Origin: Promethearchaeota archaeon
GTDB taxonomy: Archaea > Asgardarchaeota > Heimdallarchaeia > Hodarchaeales > Hodarchaeaceae
Assembly: GCA_048938105.1 (NCBI GenBank)
Contig: JBHLMN010000006.1
Coordinates: forward strand, 1-64,000
DNA: 64,000 nucleotides
Direction: 5' to 3'
Numbering within the stretch: the first letter of the stretch is position 1; each line of letters begins with the position of its first letter. The position numbers and the translations under genes were made by a program. Under the pieces are notes generated by a model that saw only the letters and a list, made by a program, of their open reading frames with translations, searched no databases and was not told where the DNA came from. Below, piece by piece: positions 50,550-60,083 of the stretch.

Positions 50550-51800
50550 ATGTATGAAACATTATTAGAGGAAAAAGAGAAGGAATTAAGAACCCAAGCA
50601 CGGGAGTTTGTACGGACTATTCCTTCATCCTGGTTACGAAAAATGGATCAAAACGAGATCCAATATCCTATTGATTATGTAAAAGCAGTAGCAGACCAAA
50701 AACTCCTTGGTATTCGCTTTCCTAAAGAGTACGGAGGACAGGGATTAGGATGGGTTGCAGAAGTATCCATACTAGAGGAGATTGGTGTTCTTGGAGCATC
50801 CCTTGGATGCTTGTATTCTTTACCCAGTATTGTTGGTGAGGCAATCAATAGGTTTGGCAATGAAGAACAGAAAAGAGAATACTTAGAACCAATCATCAGG
50901 GGAAAACTGTTTTGTGCGGAAGCACTTACTGAACCGAGAGGCGGTTCCGATTTCTTTGGAGCAACCTGTACAGCTGAGAGACAGGGTGATACATTCATTC
51001 TAAATGGCCAAAAAAGGTTTGTCGTGGGATCTGAAGGAGCGGACGTGTTTCTTGTCTATGCGAAAACTGACTTGAAGACTAAAGATCCCAGAAAATCGAT
51101 CAGTACTTTTATTGTCAACCGAGATGTTGGAGTAGAGGTAAAACATGTTTATGGATTAATGGGTACTCGCGGAGGAGGAACTGGAAGATTGTTTTTCAAT
51201 AATGTAGAGGTTCCCATGGAGAATTTAATAGGGGAAATTAATCAGGGGGGTGATATATTCAATCAAATGATGATTCCAGAGCGAATGACTAGTGCTGCGG
51301 GAGCTATTGGCGCAGCACGAGCTGGGTTTGAAGTTGCAGCTAAATATAGTAATCGTAGAAAAGCATTTGGCCAACTTATTAGAAGATTTCAAGGAGTGAG
51401 TTTTAAACTAGCGGATAGCATAACATTAATTGATGCCGCTAGATCATTAATTTACACAACCGCAAGGATTATAGATGCCAAAAATGGCTTTACTAATGGA
51501 GAAATTCGTCGAAAGGTTTCTGAAACCAAAAAATTTGCCACGGATTCAGCTTGGACGGTTATTAACAACGCAATGCAGATTATGGGGGGAATAGGTTATA
51601 CAAATGTGTACCCAGTTGAACGACTCTTAAGAGACATTAGATTAATGACTATATGGACTGGAACTAATGAAATTATGAATTTACTCATTCAATACGAGTA
51701 TTATCGTGAATTTCTCAAACGACCTCAAGAAATTATTCCTCGTAATATCGAGCAGGATGCCGTTGGAGCAGAATTCGAAGAAGAAAAGGTCTTTGAATGA
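50550..51800 (+). CDS. Acyl-CoA dehydrogenase
   Basis: [34 protein letters not shown] lacks the MCAD-position Glu; PERM supplies an IVD/LCAD-position Glu. Confidence 0.93.
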   Translation: MYETLLEEKEKELRTQAREFVRTIPSSWLRKMDQNEIQYPIDYVKAVADQKLLGIRFPKEYGGQGLGWVAEVSILEEIGVLGASLGCLYSLPSIVGEAINRFGNEEQKREYLEPIIRGKLFCAEALTEPRGGSDFFGATCTAERQGDTFILNGQKRFVVGSEGADVFLVYAKTDLKTKDPRKSISTFIVNRDVGVEVKHVYGLMGTRGGGTGRLFFNNVEVPMENLIGEINQGGDIFNQMMIPERMTSAAGAIGAARAGFEVAAKYSNRRKAFGQLIRRFQGVSFKLADSITLIDAARSLIYTTARIIDAKNGFTNGEIRRKVSETKKFATDSAWTVINNAMQIMGGIGYTNVYPVERLLRDIRLMTIWTGTNEIMNLLIQYEYYREFLKRPQEIIPRNIEQDAVGAEFEEEKVFE

Positions 51801-51885
51801 AGTTCTAAGTATAAAACCAACATAACTAAGTTCGATAAGAATCTAAGACTCTAGTAATGAAGGAGAGTATTTGAGAGTAATTTTT

Positions 51886-53457
51886 ATGTTTGTAGTTGAA
51901 ACTTATATTATTCGACAGCAATACCGTGATTCAGTGCAACTAATGCGAGCCGCATCTGCAGCAAATAAACTAGAAGGAATCGAAATTGCTTCAGTTCTCA
52001 TGGGTACTCCGAAGAATAAACCGTTATTAGAAGAAGTAAATCTTCTAACTCCTGAAGCACAAGATGCTGGACCAAATGACATTATTATATCGGTTCGTGC
52101 AGACACGAAAGATAATGCTTCTAAAGCAATCCAATATATAATCGATTTAATGTCTCAAGAAGTCGCTACAAAAAAAGAAATAACAGTATTTCGATCAATA
52201 CGGGGTGCTTTAACAGGATTAAGGGATGCAAATTTAGCTATTATTTCTATCCCAGGGGAATTTGCTAGTCGAGAAACTCGTTTAGCATTAGAACAGAATC
52301 TAAATGTTATGTTGTTCTCTGACAATGTACCGATTGAGGATGAAATAATCCTGAAAAAGAAAGCTCATGAGGAGGGATTGATAGTGATGGGGCCTGATTG
52401 TGGTACTGTCAGAATTAAAAATGTTGGACTAGGGTTTGCAAATGTAGTAATGCCAGGACCGATTGGAATTGTAGCAGCTTCGGGCACTGGAACTCAAGAG
52501 GTTATGGTATTATGTCATCGTAAGGGTGTAGGGGTTACCCACGCAATTGGTACTGGATCACGAGATATAAAAGATTCTATTGGAGGTGTCTCAATGATTG
52601 ATGGTTTACATGGACTTGATCTTGATCCTACAGTACAATTAATAGTTGTAGTCTCCAAACCCCCAGACCATAAGACTCTCCAAAAGGTCTTAGAAGAAGT
52701 AAAAAAATGTTCAAAACCTGTTATAATAAATTTTCTTGGAAAAAAAGCAGGTTATTGCGATTATCCGGGAAGAAATCTTACTGTTAATACTTTAGAAGAG
52801 GCTGCTTATTCTGCCTCCCATTTCATACAATCTAAACAATTTAAACGGATTTCTGTAATATTTGATGACCTCAAGGCAATTAACCGCATTCTTTCCGAAA
52901 CTAAATCTGTTTTAATGCCTGAACAGAAGTTTATAAGAGGATTATTTGCTGGAGGTACGTTTACGTATGAAGCAGCAATGATTCTCTCTGACATTCTCTC
53001 TGAATCATTATGGACAAATGTTAAATTAGAGGGAACAAAACAGATTGAAAATCCAAATTTAAGTAGGGAGCATACGTTGATTGATATGGGGGCCGATGAA
53101 TTCACCATTGGAAAACCTCATCCAATGATCGACCAAACAGAACGTACTCGAAGATTTTTGGCAGAAATCAAAGATACTCAAACTGCAGTTATCTTGATAG
53201 ACTTTGTTTTTGGTTATGGATCCCATATTGATCCAATAGCAGATATGCAAGATGCTTTCACTCAATGGAAATTACTCGATAGAAATATTCCCATAGTCGC
53301 ACATCTTTGTGGTACTGAACTAGATCCTCAGGATTTTAATAAATCGATTTCGGCATTAGAAGACTTTGGAGTTTATGTTATGCCCACAAATGCCCAAGCA
53401 GCAAGGTTGGCGGCTTTAATTGCTACTCGTGGAGATGTGAATCAATTAGTGAAATAG
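51886..53457 (+). CDS. fdrA: FdrA-like protein (succinyl-CoA synthetase alpha-like fold)
   Basis: YRDSVQLM, MGTPKN, FSDNV, MGPDCGT, ASGTG, GGTF, DMGADEFT.GKPHPMID. Confidence 0.92.
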   Translation: MFVVETYIIRQQYRDSVQLMRAASAANKLEGIEIASVLMGTPKNKPLLEEVNLLTPEAQDAGPNDIIISVRADTKDNASKAIQYIIDLMSQEVATKKEITVFRSIRGALTGLRDANLAIISIPGEFASRETRLALEQNLNVMLFSDNVPIEDEIILKKKAHEEGLIVMGPDCGTVRIKNVGLGFANVVMPGPIGIVAASGTGTQEVMVLCHRKGVGVTHAIGTGSRDIKDSIGGVSMIDGLHGLDLDPTVQLIVVVSKPPDHKTLQKVLEEVKKCSKPVIINFLGKKAGYCDYPGRNLTVNTLEEAAYSASHFIQSKQFKRISVIFDDLKAINRILSETKSVLMPEQKFIRGLFAGGTFTYEAAMILSDILSESLWTNVKLEGTKQIENPNLSREHTLIDMGADEFTIGKPHPMIDQTERTRRFLAEIKDTQTAVILIDFVFGYGSHIDPIADMQDAFTQWKLLDRNIPIVAHLCGTELDPQDFNKSISALEDFGVYVMPTNAQAARLAALIATRGDVNQLVK

Positions 53458-53467
53458 GTGTATAAAG

Positions 53468-53638
53468 ATGGAGAAGTTTAACGAGCTATTATCAACTGGG
53501 CCCAAAGTTCTAAATATCGGATTAAAATCGTTTTATGAGTCATGTGAAACACAGGGAATTCCTGTTGTTCATATCCGTTGGGAACCTCCTGCCCAAGGCA
53601 AGCCGAAGCTTCTGTCCTTATTAGATGAATTACTTTGA
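53468..53638 (+). CDS. Small FdrA-domain protein (56 aa, below the ORF-track cutoff)
   Basis: MEKFNELLSTGPKVLNIGLKSFYESCETQGIPVVHIRWEPPAQGKPKLLSLLDELL*, matching the FdrA C-terminal VxNxGL..F...W.PPA.G motif. AGGTG RBS. Confidence 0.88.
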   Translation: MEKFNELLSTGPKVLNIGLKSFYESCETQGIPVVHIRWEPPAQGKPKLLSLLDELL

Positions 53639-53671
53639 TAATTATACCCAGAGATTCAGGAATGGATTCTA

Positions 53672-54925
53672 ATGAGCATTAAAGAGAAGATAAATGAAGC
53701 TAATAAAATAGCTTTAGAGCGAATGGCAAACGTTCAACCTATTCTAGTGGATATAGAACTAGTAGCTATGAATGTAATTCCTGGGATGGAGAAGAAAACA
53801 ATTCTTCACGCAGGGCCACCGATTGAATGGGATCAAATGTGTGGGCCAACACAAGGAGCTATAGCAGGAATCCTTGTTTATGAAGGATTAGCTAATAATA
53901 TTGAAGAGGGATACGAATTAGCAGCTTCGGGGGAGATAAAATTTGACTGTAACCATGATCATGATGCAGTTGGGCCAATGACGGGAGTCACCTCTCCCCA
54001 TCAACCTGTGTTTGTTTTAGAAGATCGAGAAAGTGGTATGAAATCTTATTGTACCTTAAATGAAGGCAGAGGTAAAGTTTTACGTTTTGGTGGGTGGGAT
54101 TCCGAAGTATTGGATAGACTTAACTGGATGAAGGATACATTGGCACCTGCACTAAAAAAGGCAATAAATCACGCCAAGGGTATAGACATTAAATCCATTA
54201 TTTCTGAATCGTTACACATGGGAGATGAGGCTCATAATCGAAATAGATCAGGTTCCTACCTTTTTATGGGTGAGATTACACCACATCTTATGGATACTGC
54301 TGATACATCCACAGCTAAGGAAGTTTTCCTATTCTTAAGACAAAATGCGGACATATTTAACTTAAATCTCTCCATGCCACATTCAAAATTAATAGCTGAC
54401 GCTGCCCGTGATATTGATTATTGTTCACTTGTTGTAGCTATGGCTCGTAATGGAACCGAGATAGGAATTCAAGTTTCAGCGCTTAATCGGGAATGGTTCA
54501 CCTCGCCAGCTACAATGGTTGATGGATTATATTTTCCTGGTTTCTCTGAAGAGGATGCATGTCCTGATTTAGGTGATTCAACTATATCAGAAGTAATAGG
54601 AATTGGTGGATTCTCAATGGCCTCGTCTCCAGCAATTGTTTCGTTTGTTGGAGGGTCTGCTTCTGAAGCTGTATCACGGACAGAACGAATGTACGAAATT
54701 ACAGTTGGTACAAGCAGAACTTTTACTATTCCAAGTCTAAATTTTCGTGGAGCCCCAACAGGAATCGATATTCGAAAAGTTGTAGAACTAAATGAAACTC
54801 CTCTAATAAATACTGGTATCGCACACAAAGAAGCTGGTATTGGTCAAATTGGTGCAGGATTGACTGCAGCACCATTAGAGATGTTTCATGACGCGTTAAA
54901 AGCGTTTGGTAAGAAGTACTTGTAA
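53672..54925 (+). CDS. DUF1116 (YlbE/YahG-like) protein
   Basis: ILHAGPP, VGPMTG, NEGRGKVLRFG, MGDEAHNRN, ARNG, DLGDS, INTGIAHK..G.GQIGAG. Confidence 0.92.
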   Translation: MSIKEKINEANKIALERMANVQPILVDIELVAMNVIPGMEKKTILHAGPPIEWDQMCGPTQGAIAGILVYEGLANNIEEGYELAASGEIKFDCNHDHDAVGPMTGVTSPHQPVFVLEDRESGMKSYCTLNEGRGKVLRFGGWDSEVLDRLNWMKDTLAPALKKAINHAKGIDIKSIISESLHMGDEAHNRNRSGSYLFMGEITPHLMDTADTSTAKEVFLFLRQNADIFNLNLSMPHSKLIADAARDIDYCSLVVAMARNGTEIGIQVSALNREWFTSPATMVDGLYFPGFSEEDACPDLGDSTISEVIGIGGFSMASSPAIVSFVGGSASEAVSRTERMYEITVGTSRTFTIPSLNFRGAPTGIDIRKVVELNETPLINTGIAHKEAGIGQIGAGLTAAPLEMFHDALKAFGKKYL

Positions 54926-54969
54926 TGTTTTCATATTCAACAGAATTAAATCGCTCAAGGTTTTAATCC

Positions 54970-56085
54970 TTAATTAGAGACTTCTTGTTTTGTTTTTGCT
55001 CGTTGGCGTAAGAGAGCGACTCTAAATCCAAGAAAAGACGATTGATTGTATGACACGGGAGAGGGGATTGTTGAAGGTAATTTTCTCAAGGTATCAGCTA
55101 GAAGGGTATCACCAATTGCCATCGCACTAAAAGCATCCGCACGGATTTCAGCAAGGAAAAGACGATAATAGTGAAAAATCGATAGAAAAGCTGAACTAAG
55201 AAATACGAGAAAAATGAGAATAATAAACAACATGGAGAAGATGGGATCTAAGGAAAAAATTGTTTGATTCTGTTCTAATAATATTAATCCCGTAAAAACA
55301 CAAAATATTCTCATAGTTCGTAAAAAAGCCTCTGTTCCCCCTATTAAATAGGATTTCATTATATGATTATTTGCGATATGACCGATTTCATGTAGAATAA
55401 CGGCTGTCAGCTCTTCATTTGTCAATTTCCAATTGAAATATCGTGACACAAGACAAATATTTTTCTTCCAACCATAAGACATAACACCAGCGCTCAAAAA
55501 CAGAGATGGAAGTTGAATATCTGCAAAACGATATTCGGAAATCAGTCGGCTTTTAGGATGGCTTTGTTCTATTTGATCGATAATTTCGCTATTTACTGTC
55601 TCCTGAGCAGTAGAAAGTAACTCTTGTTTACTTCTTATGGATATAATGATGAAATAACTCTGAATTATTAATGAAAGAATCAAAGAAAGTCCTAAATAAC
55701 CCCATGGTTCTAGGTTTTCCATAATATTGAGAATTCTAAGGAGAATTGTCAAAATAAAACCTACAAAAATAACATAATAGACCTGTCTAATAAGATGTAA
55801 CCCCATCTCATACCAAGAGGGTATGAAATGGAAGTATTTAACTTCTAAAGCATAAATCCGTAGACGCTTAAAGGATTGATAAAATAAAAGACTAGTAATA
55901 AGAAATGGAAAAAGGAGAATGAGATTAAGGACTAAAGAATATTGAATTTCGTCGTTAATTGCTATACCTAAGAAAATTAATGATACACCAATGCAAAGAG
56001 GGTAGAATAAAAAATATAGAATAAGCACCAAGATGTCACTGATAGGTAGAGAAACGCCTAAAGATCGATCAAGTTCTCTGTCCAT
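54970..56085 (-). CDS. M48-family membrane metalloprotease
   Basis: Multi-TM, ELTAVILHEIGH, EIRAD. Confidence 0.85.
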   Translation of the reverse strand: MDRELDRSLGVSLPISDILVLILYFLFYPLCIGVSLIFLGIAINDEIQYSLVLNLILLFPFLITSLLFYQSFKRLRIYALEVKYFHFIPSWYEMGLHLIRQVYYVIFVGFILTILLRILNIMENLEPWGYLGLSLILSLIIQSYFIIISIRSKQELLSTAQETVNSEIIDQIEQSHPKSRLISEYRFADIQLPSLFLSAGVMSYGWKKNICLVSRYFNWKLTNEELTAVILHEIGHIANNHIMKSYLIGGTEAFLRTMRIFCVFTGLILLEQNQTIFSLDPIFSMLFIILIFLVFLSSAFLSIFHYYRLFLAEIRADAFSAMAIGDTLLADTLRKLPSTIPSPVSYNQSSFLGFRVALLRQRAKTKQEVSN

Positions 56086-56539
56086 AAAGGATCTCTCTAT
56101 AATCTGAGCTACCTCTTGAAAGTTTAAAGTTTATGCAATCTTAACTGACAATATAATATATATTACACTAGCGATGACATCCGATTTGTGAGGGGCTGTG
56201 AGCTATTCGCATGTCTTCTTCAGTATTAAAGATTTTTACTTACCCAATAAGCAGTTTCAGTAGAGATTATTTTTCCACCCATATAATTTATTACGAAAAT
56301 AAATTAATTACTCTCTCATTAGATATTATTACATAACGATTTGATGATTTCCTTCATGAGGTTATCCTCTATTTTTATTATCCACACCCTCTATGAACAT
56401 TGAGCTAGTTCCAACAACATTACAAATTCTTAGTTCTTTTTTTCAAAAAACTGTTACCATCGAAATTCATTAAAAGGGGAAAAATTTCTTTGCAATACTA
56501 GCAAACCAATTCAGAATTTTCTCCTCAGGAGGTTTTATT

Positions 56540-56974
56540 ATGTTATTGGGAAGTAAAGAACATTTACTTGAAATTAAAAAAAGAGTTAATGCAAATGAAG
56601 AGTATTTACAAATGACAAAGGGTGAAGGAAAAAAATCCTTTACTTTTATATTAGAACCAGAACTTAAGAAAAATGTTACAGAAACGATTCGTATTGGGTA
56701 TAAAGAGAATAACGGTGTCATTGAAGAAATTTGGGAAGGAGAACAAGAGACAGAGTTTGTTATCACAGGAAAATATGGCAACTGGGTCAGAATACTCCGT
56801 CAAGAGCTAGGTGCAACGAAAGCATTGACAATGCGTAAGCTTAAACTCAAAAAAGGCAGTCTCATTAAACTTCTTCGAACGAGTGACAGTACAATAAAAT
56901 GGATTCAAATTCTCGCCAGTATTCCAGTGGAATTTCATGGGGATTATGCATCTCTATCGACAACTAAGGAATGA
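56540..56974 (+). CDS. SCP2 sterol-carrier-domain protein
   Basis: FVITGKYGNW...ALTMRKLKLKKGSL resembles the SCP2 C-terminal pattern. Confidence 0.7.
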   Translation: MLLGSKEHLLEIKKRVNANEEYLQMTKGEGKKSFTFILEPELKKNVTETIRIGYKENNGVIEEIWEGEQETEFVITGKYGNWVRILRQELGATKALTMRKLKLKKGSLIKLLRTSDSTIKWIQILASIPVEFHGDYASLSTTKE

Positions 56975-56981
56975 ATTCATA

Positions 56982-57851
56982 ATGGATGTTCTAAAAGTAA
57001 AAAATAAAGTTGCTATAGTCACGGGTGGTGCCTCTGGAATTGGCGCAGCGGTTGTAGCGCAATTCACCGACTTAGGTATGAAAGTTGTAATTGCAGATCT
57101 TGATGAGGATTTAGGAGGGAAATTAGAACAGAAATTAGCAGATAAAGGAAGAGAGTGCTTTTTTCATCAGTTAGATGTGTCAAAACCTGATCAAGTATCT
57201 AGTCTTGTTGAAACGACGTTGAGTAGATATCAAACAATCGATATTCTTGTTAATTGTGCTGGGGTAGGTGGTCTTTCTAGCTACCTAGATCTAATTGAGG
57301 AGGAATGGGATTGGATCCTTAACACAAATTTGAAAGGAACGCATCTTATGTGTTATTCTGTCAGTCATATCATGGTCAAAAAAAGCATAAAAGGTCGAAT
57401 CGTCAATGTGTCCAGTATTAATGATGAAATTCCTGTCGTTGGGCTAGCTGCGTATGCCACAAGTAAAGCTGGTATTTCAGGTTTAACACGAGCACTAGCT
57501 TTGGAACTTGCTCCTTTTGGAATAAATGTTAATGCTATTCGACCAGGCACTATCGATACACCCTTAATGAAAGAGCCTTTGGAGCTGACGGAACTCGCAC
57601 AGGCCTTGATTCGACAAATACCTCGTGGACGATATGGCCAACCCGAAGATGTAGCGAAAGTAATAACTTTCCTGGTCTCAGATCTGGGAGAATGGGTTAC
57701 AGGAGCGATAATTCCCGTCACAGGCGGTATGCACCTAGTAGGGGAAACTTCTTTATATTATTATTTTGAACGAGCAATGATGCATGAAGATCAACTCCCT
57801 GACATACCTTTTTGTCGGCCCTGGAAGGAATTTGATCTTTCTAAATTTTAG
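56982..57851 (+). CDS. Short-chain dehydrogenase/reductase
   Basis: TGGASGIG, NCAG, YATSK, IRPG. Confidence 0.93.
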   Translation: MDVLKVKNKVAIVTGGASGIGAAVVAQFTDLGMKVVIADLDEDLGGKLEQKLADKGRECFFHQLDVSKPDQVSSLVETTLSRYQTIDILVNCAGVGGLSSYLDLIEEEWDWILNTNLKGTHLMCYSVSHIMVKKSIKGRIVNVSSINDEIPVVGLAAYATSKAGISGLTRALALELAPFGINVNAIRPGTIDTPLMKEPLELTELAQALIRQIPRGRYGQPEDVAKVITFLVSDLGEWVTGAIIPVTGGMHLVGETSLYYYFERAMMHEDQLPDIPFCRPWKEFDLSKF

Positions 57852-57895
57852 AAAAATCAAAAAATGGATAGAATTTAAGGAATAAATACACGATT

Positions 57896-58324
57896 TTAAT
57901 CCTCTTTCATGAAAAAATAATATTGTCCAAACCATGCTAGCAAAAATATCCCTCCGACGAGTGCAGCTAAATTAATCACAATTGCTAGTAAGTCATATTG
58001 ATAGACTCCCTGCTGCAGATTGAACGTTATATCTATCAATCCTAAAAATACAAATGCGCCACCCGCAGCTGCAGCAAAAAAAGAACCCCATGATCTATCG
58101 TTCAAAACTCCAAATGCAGAAATGAGCAATAAAACTACTATCCAAGTGTCAGCAATGGGGAAAGCAGACTCAAATGCGATGTACACATCATATAATTGAT
58201 CCCCTGGCTCAAAGGATTTTAAAATATCAAGAAACCACCCAATCCAAAAACCAATTAACAACAAAGCTCCAATAACTTCGCAGACAGCAACTATCTTATC
58301 ATTTTTAGAATAAATTTGCTTCAT
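57896..58324 (-). CDS. Small multi-TM membrane protein
   Basis: Four hydrophobic segments, FESAFPIAD motif. Confidence 0.7.
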   Translation of the reverse strand: MKQIYSKNDKIVAVCEVIGALLLIGFWIGWFLDILKSFEPGDQLYDVYIAFESAFPIADTWIVVLLLISAFGVLNDRSWGSFFAAAAGGAFVFLGLIDITFNLQQGVYQYDLLAIVINLAALVGGIFLLAWFGQYYFFMKED

Positions 58325-58344
58325 TTTTTTTCACCTTATAGCTA

Positions 58345-59325
58345 CTATAATCCATAAAACATTGCCATGATTCGTATCGTTAAATTCTCAGAGAAAAATC
58401 GCTTCATTAAATTAACTCCCCAGGTTTGAAGCTTAGATCCACACTTATAGTGAATTTTTGGACGTTTTGCTCTGATTATCTTTTCAATTTTTTTCGACAC
58501 TATTATTGGAGGCGGACTTACGATTAAATTTTGCATTATTGTTGTCCAAGCAACTTTTCCATGGTTATAATATGCTGAAGTTTTTTCTAATGGAATTGCA
58601 TCAATCATATCTTTAATATCTGTAGTTTTGAACTTTTTCCCTTTTTTATACAGATAAGCAGTAACCACATTGCCAGGAGTATTGATATCACCAGGTAGAA
58701 GAGAAGATACCCGAATATTAAATGGTCTTAATTCAATTTTCAAACTTTCTGTTAATCGCAATATCGCTGCTTTGGATGCTGAATAATAACCCATGAAAGG
58801 AATTACAGTAAGCCCTGCAAGTGATGAAGTATTGATAATTTGTCCTTTCTTTCGTTCTCGCATATTAGGTAATACTGCTTGTATTACTCGAATGTAACCA
58901 AAGAAATTAACCTCAAATTGATCTTGAATGGCTTCTAAAGAATATGTTTCTATAGGGCCAAAATGTGCAAGCCCCGCATTATTAATAAGAACATCAATAT
59001 TATCTAAATTTTGGATAGCACTTGTTACTGAGCTCGTCTTTGTGACATCCATTGAGATATATTGAATATCTTCCAAATACTTATCTAAATTCTTGTGGAT
59101 TTTTGATGAAACAATGATCTTACCTGGCCTTACTTCTGTTTTTGCTTTGTCAATATAATGATACTTTGTATGGTTTTGAATATAAGTTTCTTTGAGCTCT
59201 TCTAAATTAATATTTTCTGCTTGACGTGAGGTTCCAATTACAGAGTAACCTCGAGATGATAAATAGATAGCATGCGATAATCCCATCCCTGAAGTAGCAC
59301 CAGTAATTAAAATTTGCTTATTCAT
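58345..59325 (-). CDS. Short-chain dehydrogenase/reductase (17beta-HSD-like) with an insertion after beta2
   Basis: TGATSGMG, NNAG, YSASK, LPGD. Confidence 0.9.
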   Translation of the reverse strand: MNKQILITGATSGMGLSHAIYLSSRGYSVIGTSRQAENINLEELKETYIQNHTKYHYIDKAKTEVRPGKIIVSSKIHKNLDKYLEDIQYISMDVTKTSSVTSAIQNLDNIDVLINNAGLAHFGPIETYSLEAIQDQFEVNFFGYIRVIQAVLPNMRERKKGQIINTSSLAGLTVIPFMGYYSASKAAILRLTESLKIELRPFNIRVSSLLPGDINTPGNVVTAYLYKKGKKFKTTDIKDMIDAIPLEKTSAYYNHGKVAWTTIMQNLIVSPPPIIVSKKIEKIIRAKRPKIHYKCGSKLQTWGVNLMKRFFSENLTIRIMAMFYGL

Positions 59326-59499
59326 TGAAACAACTCCTAAAATGATTATTAATCTAAGCTGCTATTGCACTTACAACAGATAAAAAGATATTAAGATTAA
59401 CATATTAGAATGTTTTATTCTTAGGAAAAATATTTTCACAGCAAAAGGAAATTATAAATAGCTTTTATTTTATATATTCAAAGAATTGAGGAAAGAAAA

Positions 59500-60045
59500 A
59501 TGTCATTTCCAATGAAAATTGTACTCATTGGTGATCAAAGAAAATCTGAAATCTTACAATATTATGGAGATGTTTATCGTAGTGATATCACGTTTATTGC
59601 TGTAGTAGACTTAGCTTTTAAGGCGATGAATATTGGTGGAAACACATTTAACTTCCAAGTATGGCAGTTATCTCTTGATCCAAGCTATGAGTCGGAAAGA
59701 AGAAGGTATTATTATGGAGCATTAGGAACGATCATAGTACTAGATGTCAATAATCTAGAGGATTATCAGAACATTCCATTATTGCTAGAAGAAATCTGGA
59801 CTTACAATGGTATTGGAAAGGTGATTCCAATCGTTATAGCGGGAATTAATATTCAAGAAAGGAAAAAAATTAGTGATCATATTACTGATGAAGAGATTAA
59901 GAGATTTGTAAACGAAATAAATGGAAAACATCAAGCTAGTATTGAGTATATCCCTATTGATGAACGTACAGGAGGAAATATTGCTCAAATCTGGGAAAAA
60001 TTTGGGGAATGGTACATTAGATATTTACAACAATTCGAATCATAA
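59500..60045 (+). CDS. Rab-like small-GTPase-fold protein with degenerate G-boxes
   Basis: KIVLIGD, FQVW, YYYGALG.IIVLDV, EEIW..NG.G.IPIVIAG and TGGNI align with Asgard Rab-like GTPases, but G1, G3, G4 and G5 are altered. Confidence 0.82.
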   Translation: MSFPMKIVLIGDQRKSEILQYYGDVYRSDITFIAVVDLAFKAMNIGGNTFNFQVWQLSLDPSYESERRRYYYGALGTIIVLDVNNLEDYQNIPLLLEEIWTYNGIGKVIPIVIAGINIQERKKISDHITDEEIKRFVNEINGKHQASIEYIPIDERTGGNIAQIWEKFGEWYIRYLQQFES

Positions 60046-60083
60046 ATCTAGTATATATAAAATTCTCTTTTTTCATTAAACCA

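Noticed and set aside
56169-56215. Possible SECIS element or C/D-box sRNA (GATGA...GTGA with short stems)
   Set aside because: No AA apical loop, poor helix II, non-canonical boxes, and no in-frame TGA selenoprotein candidate nearby.
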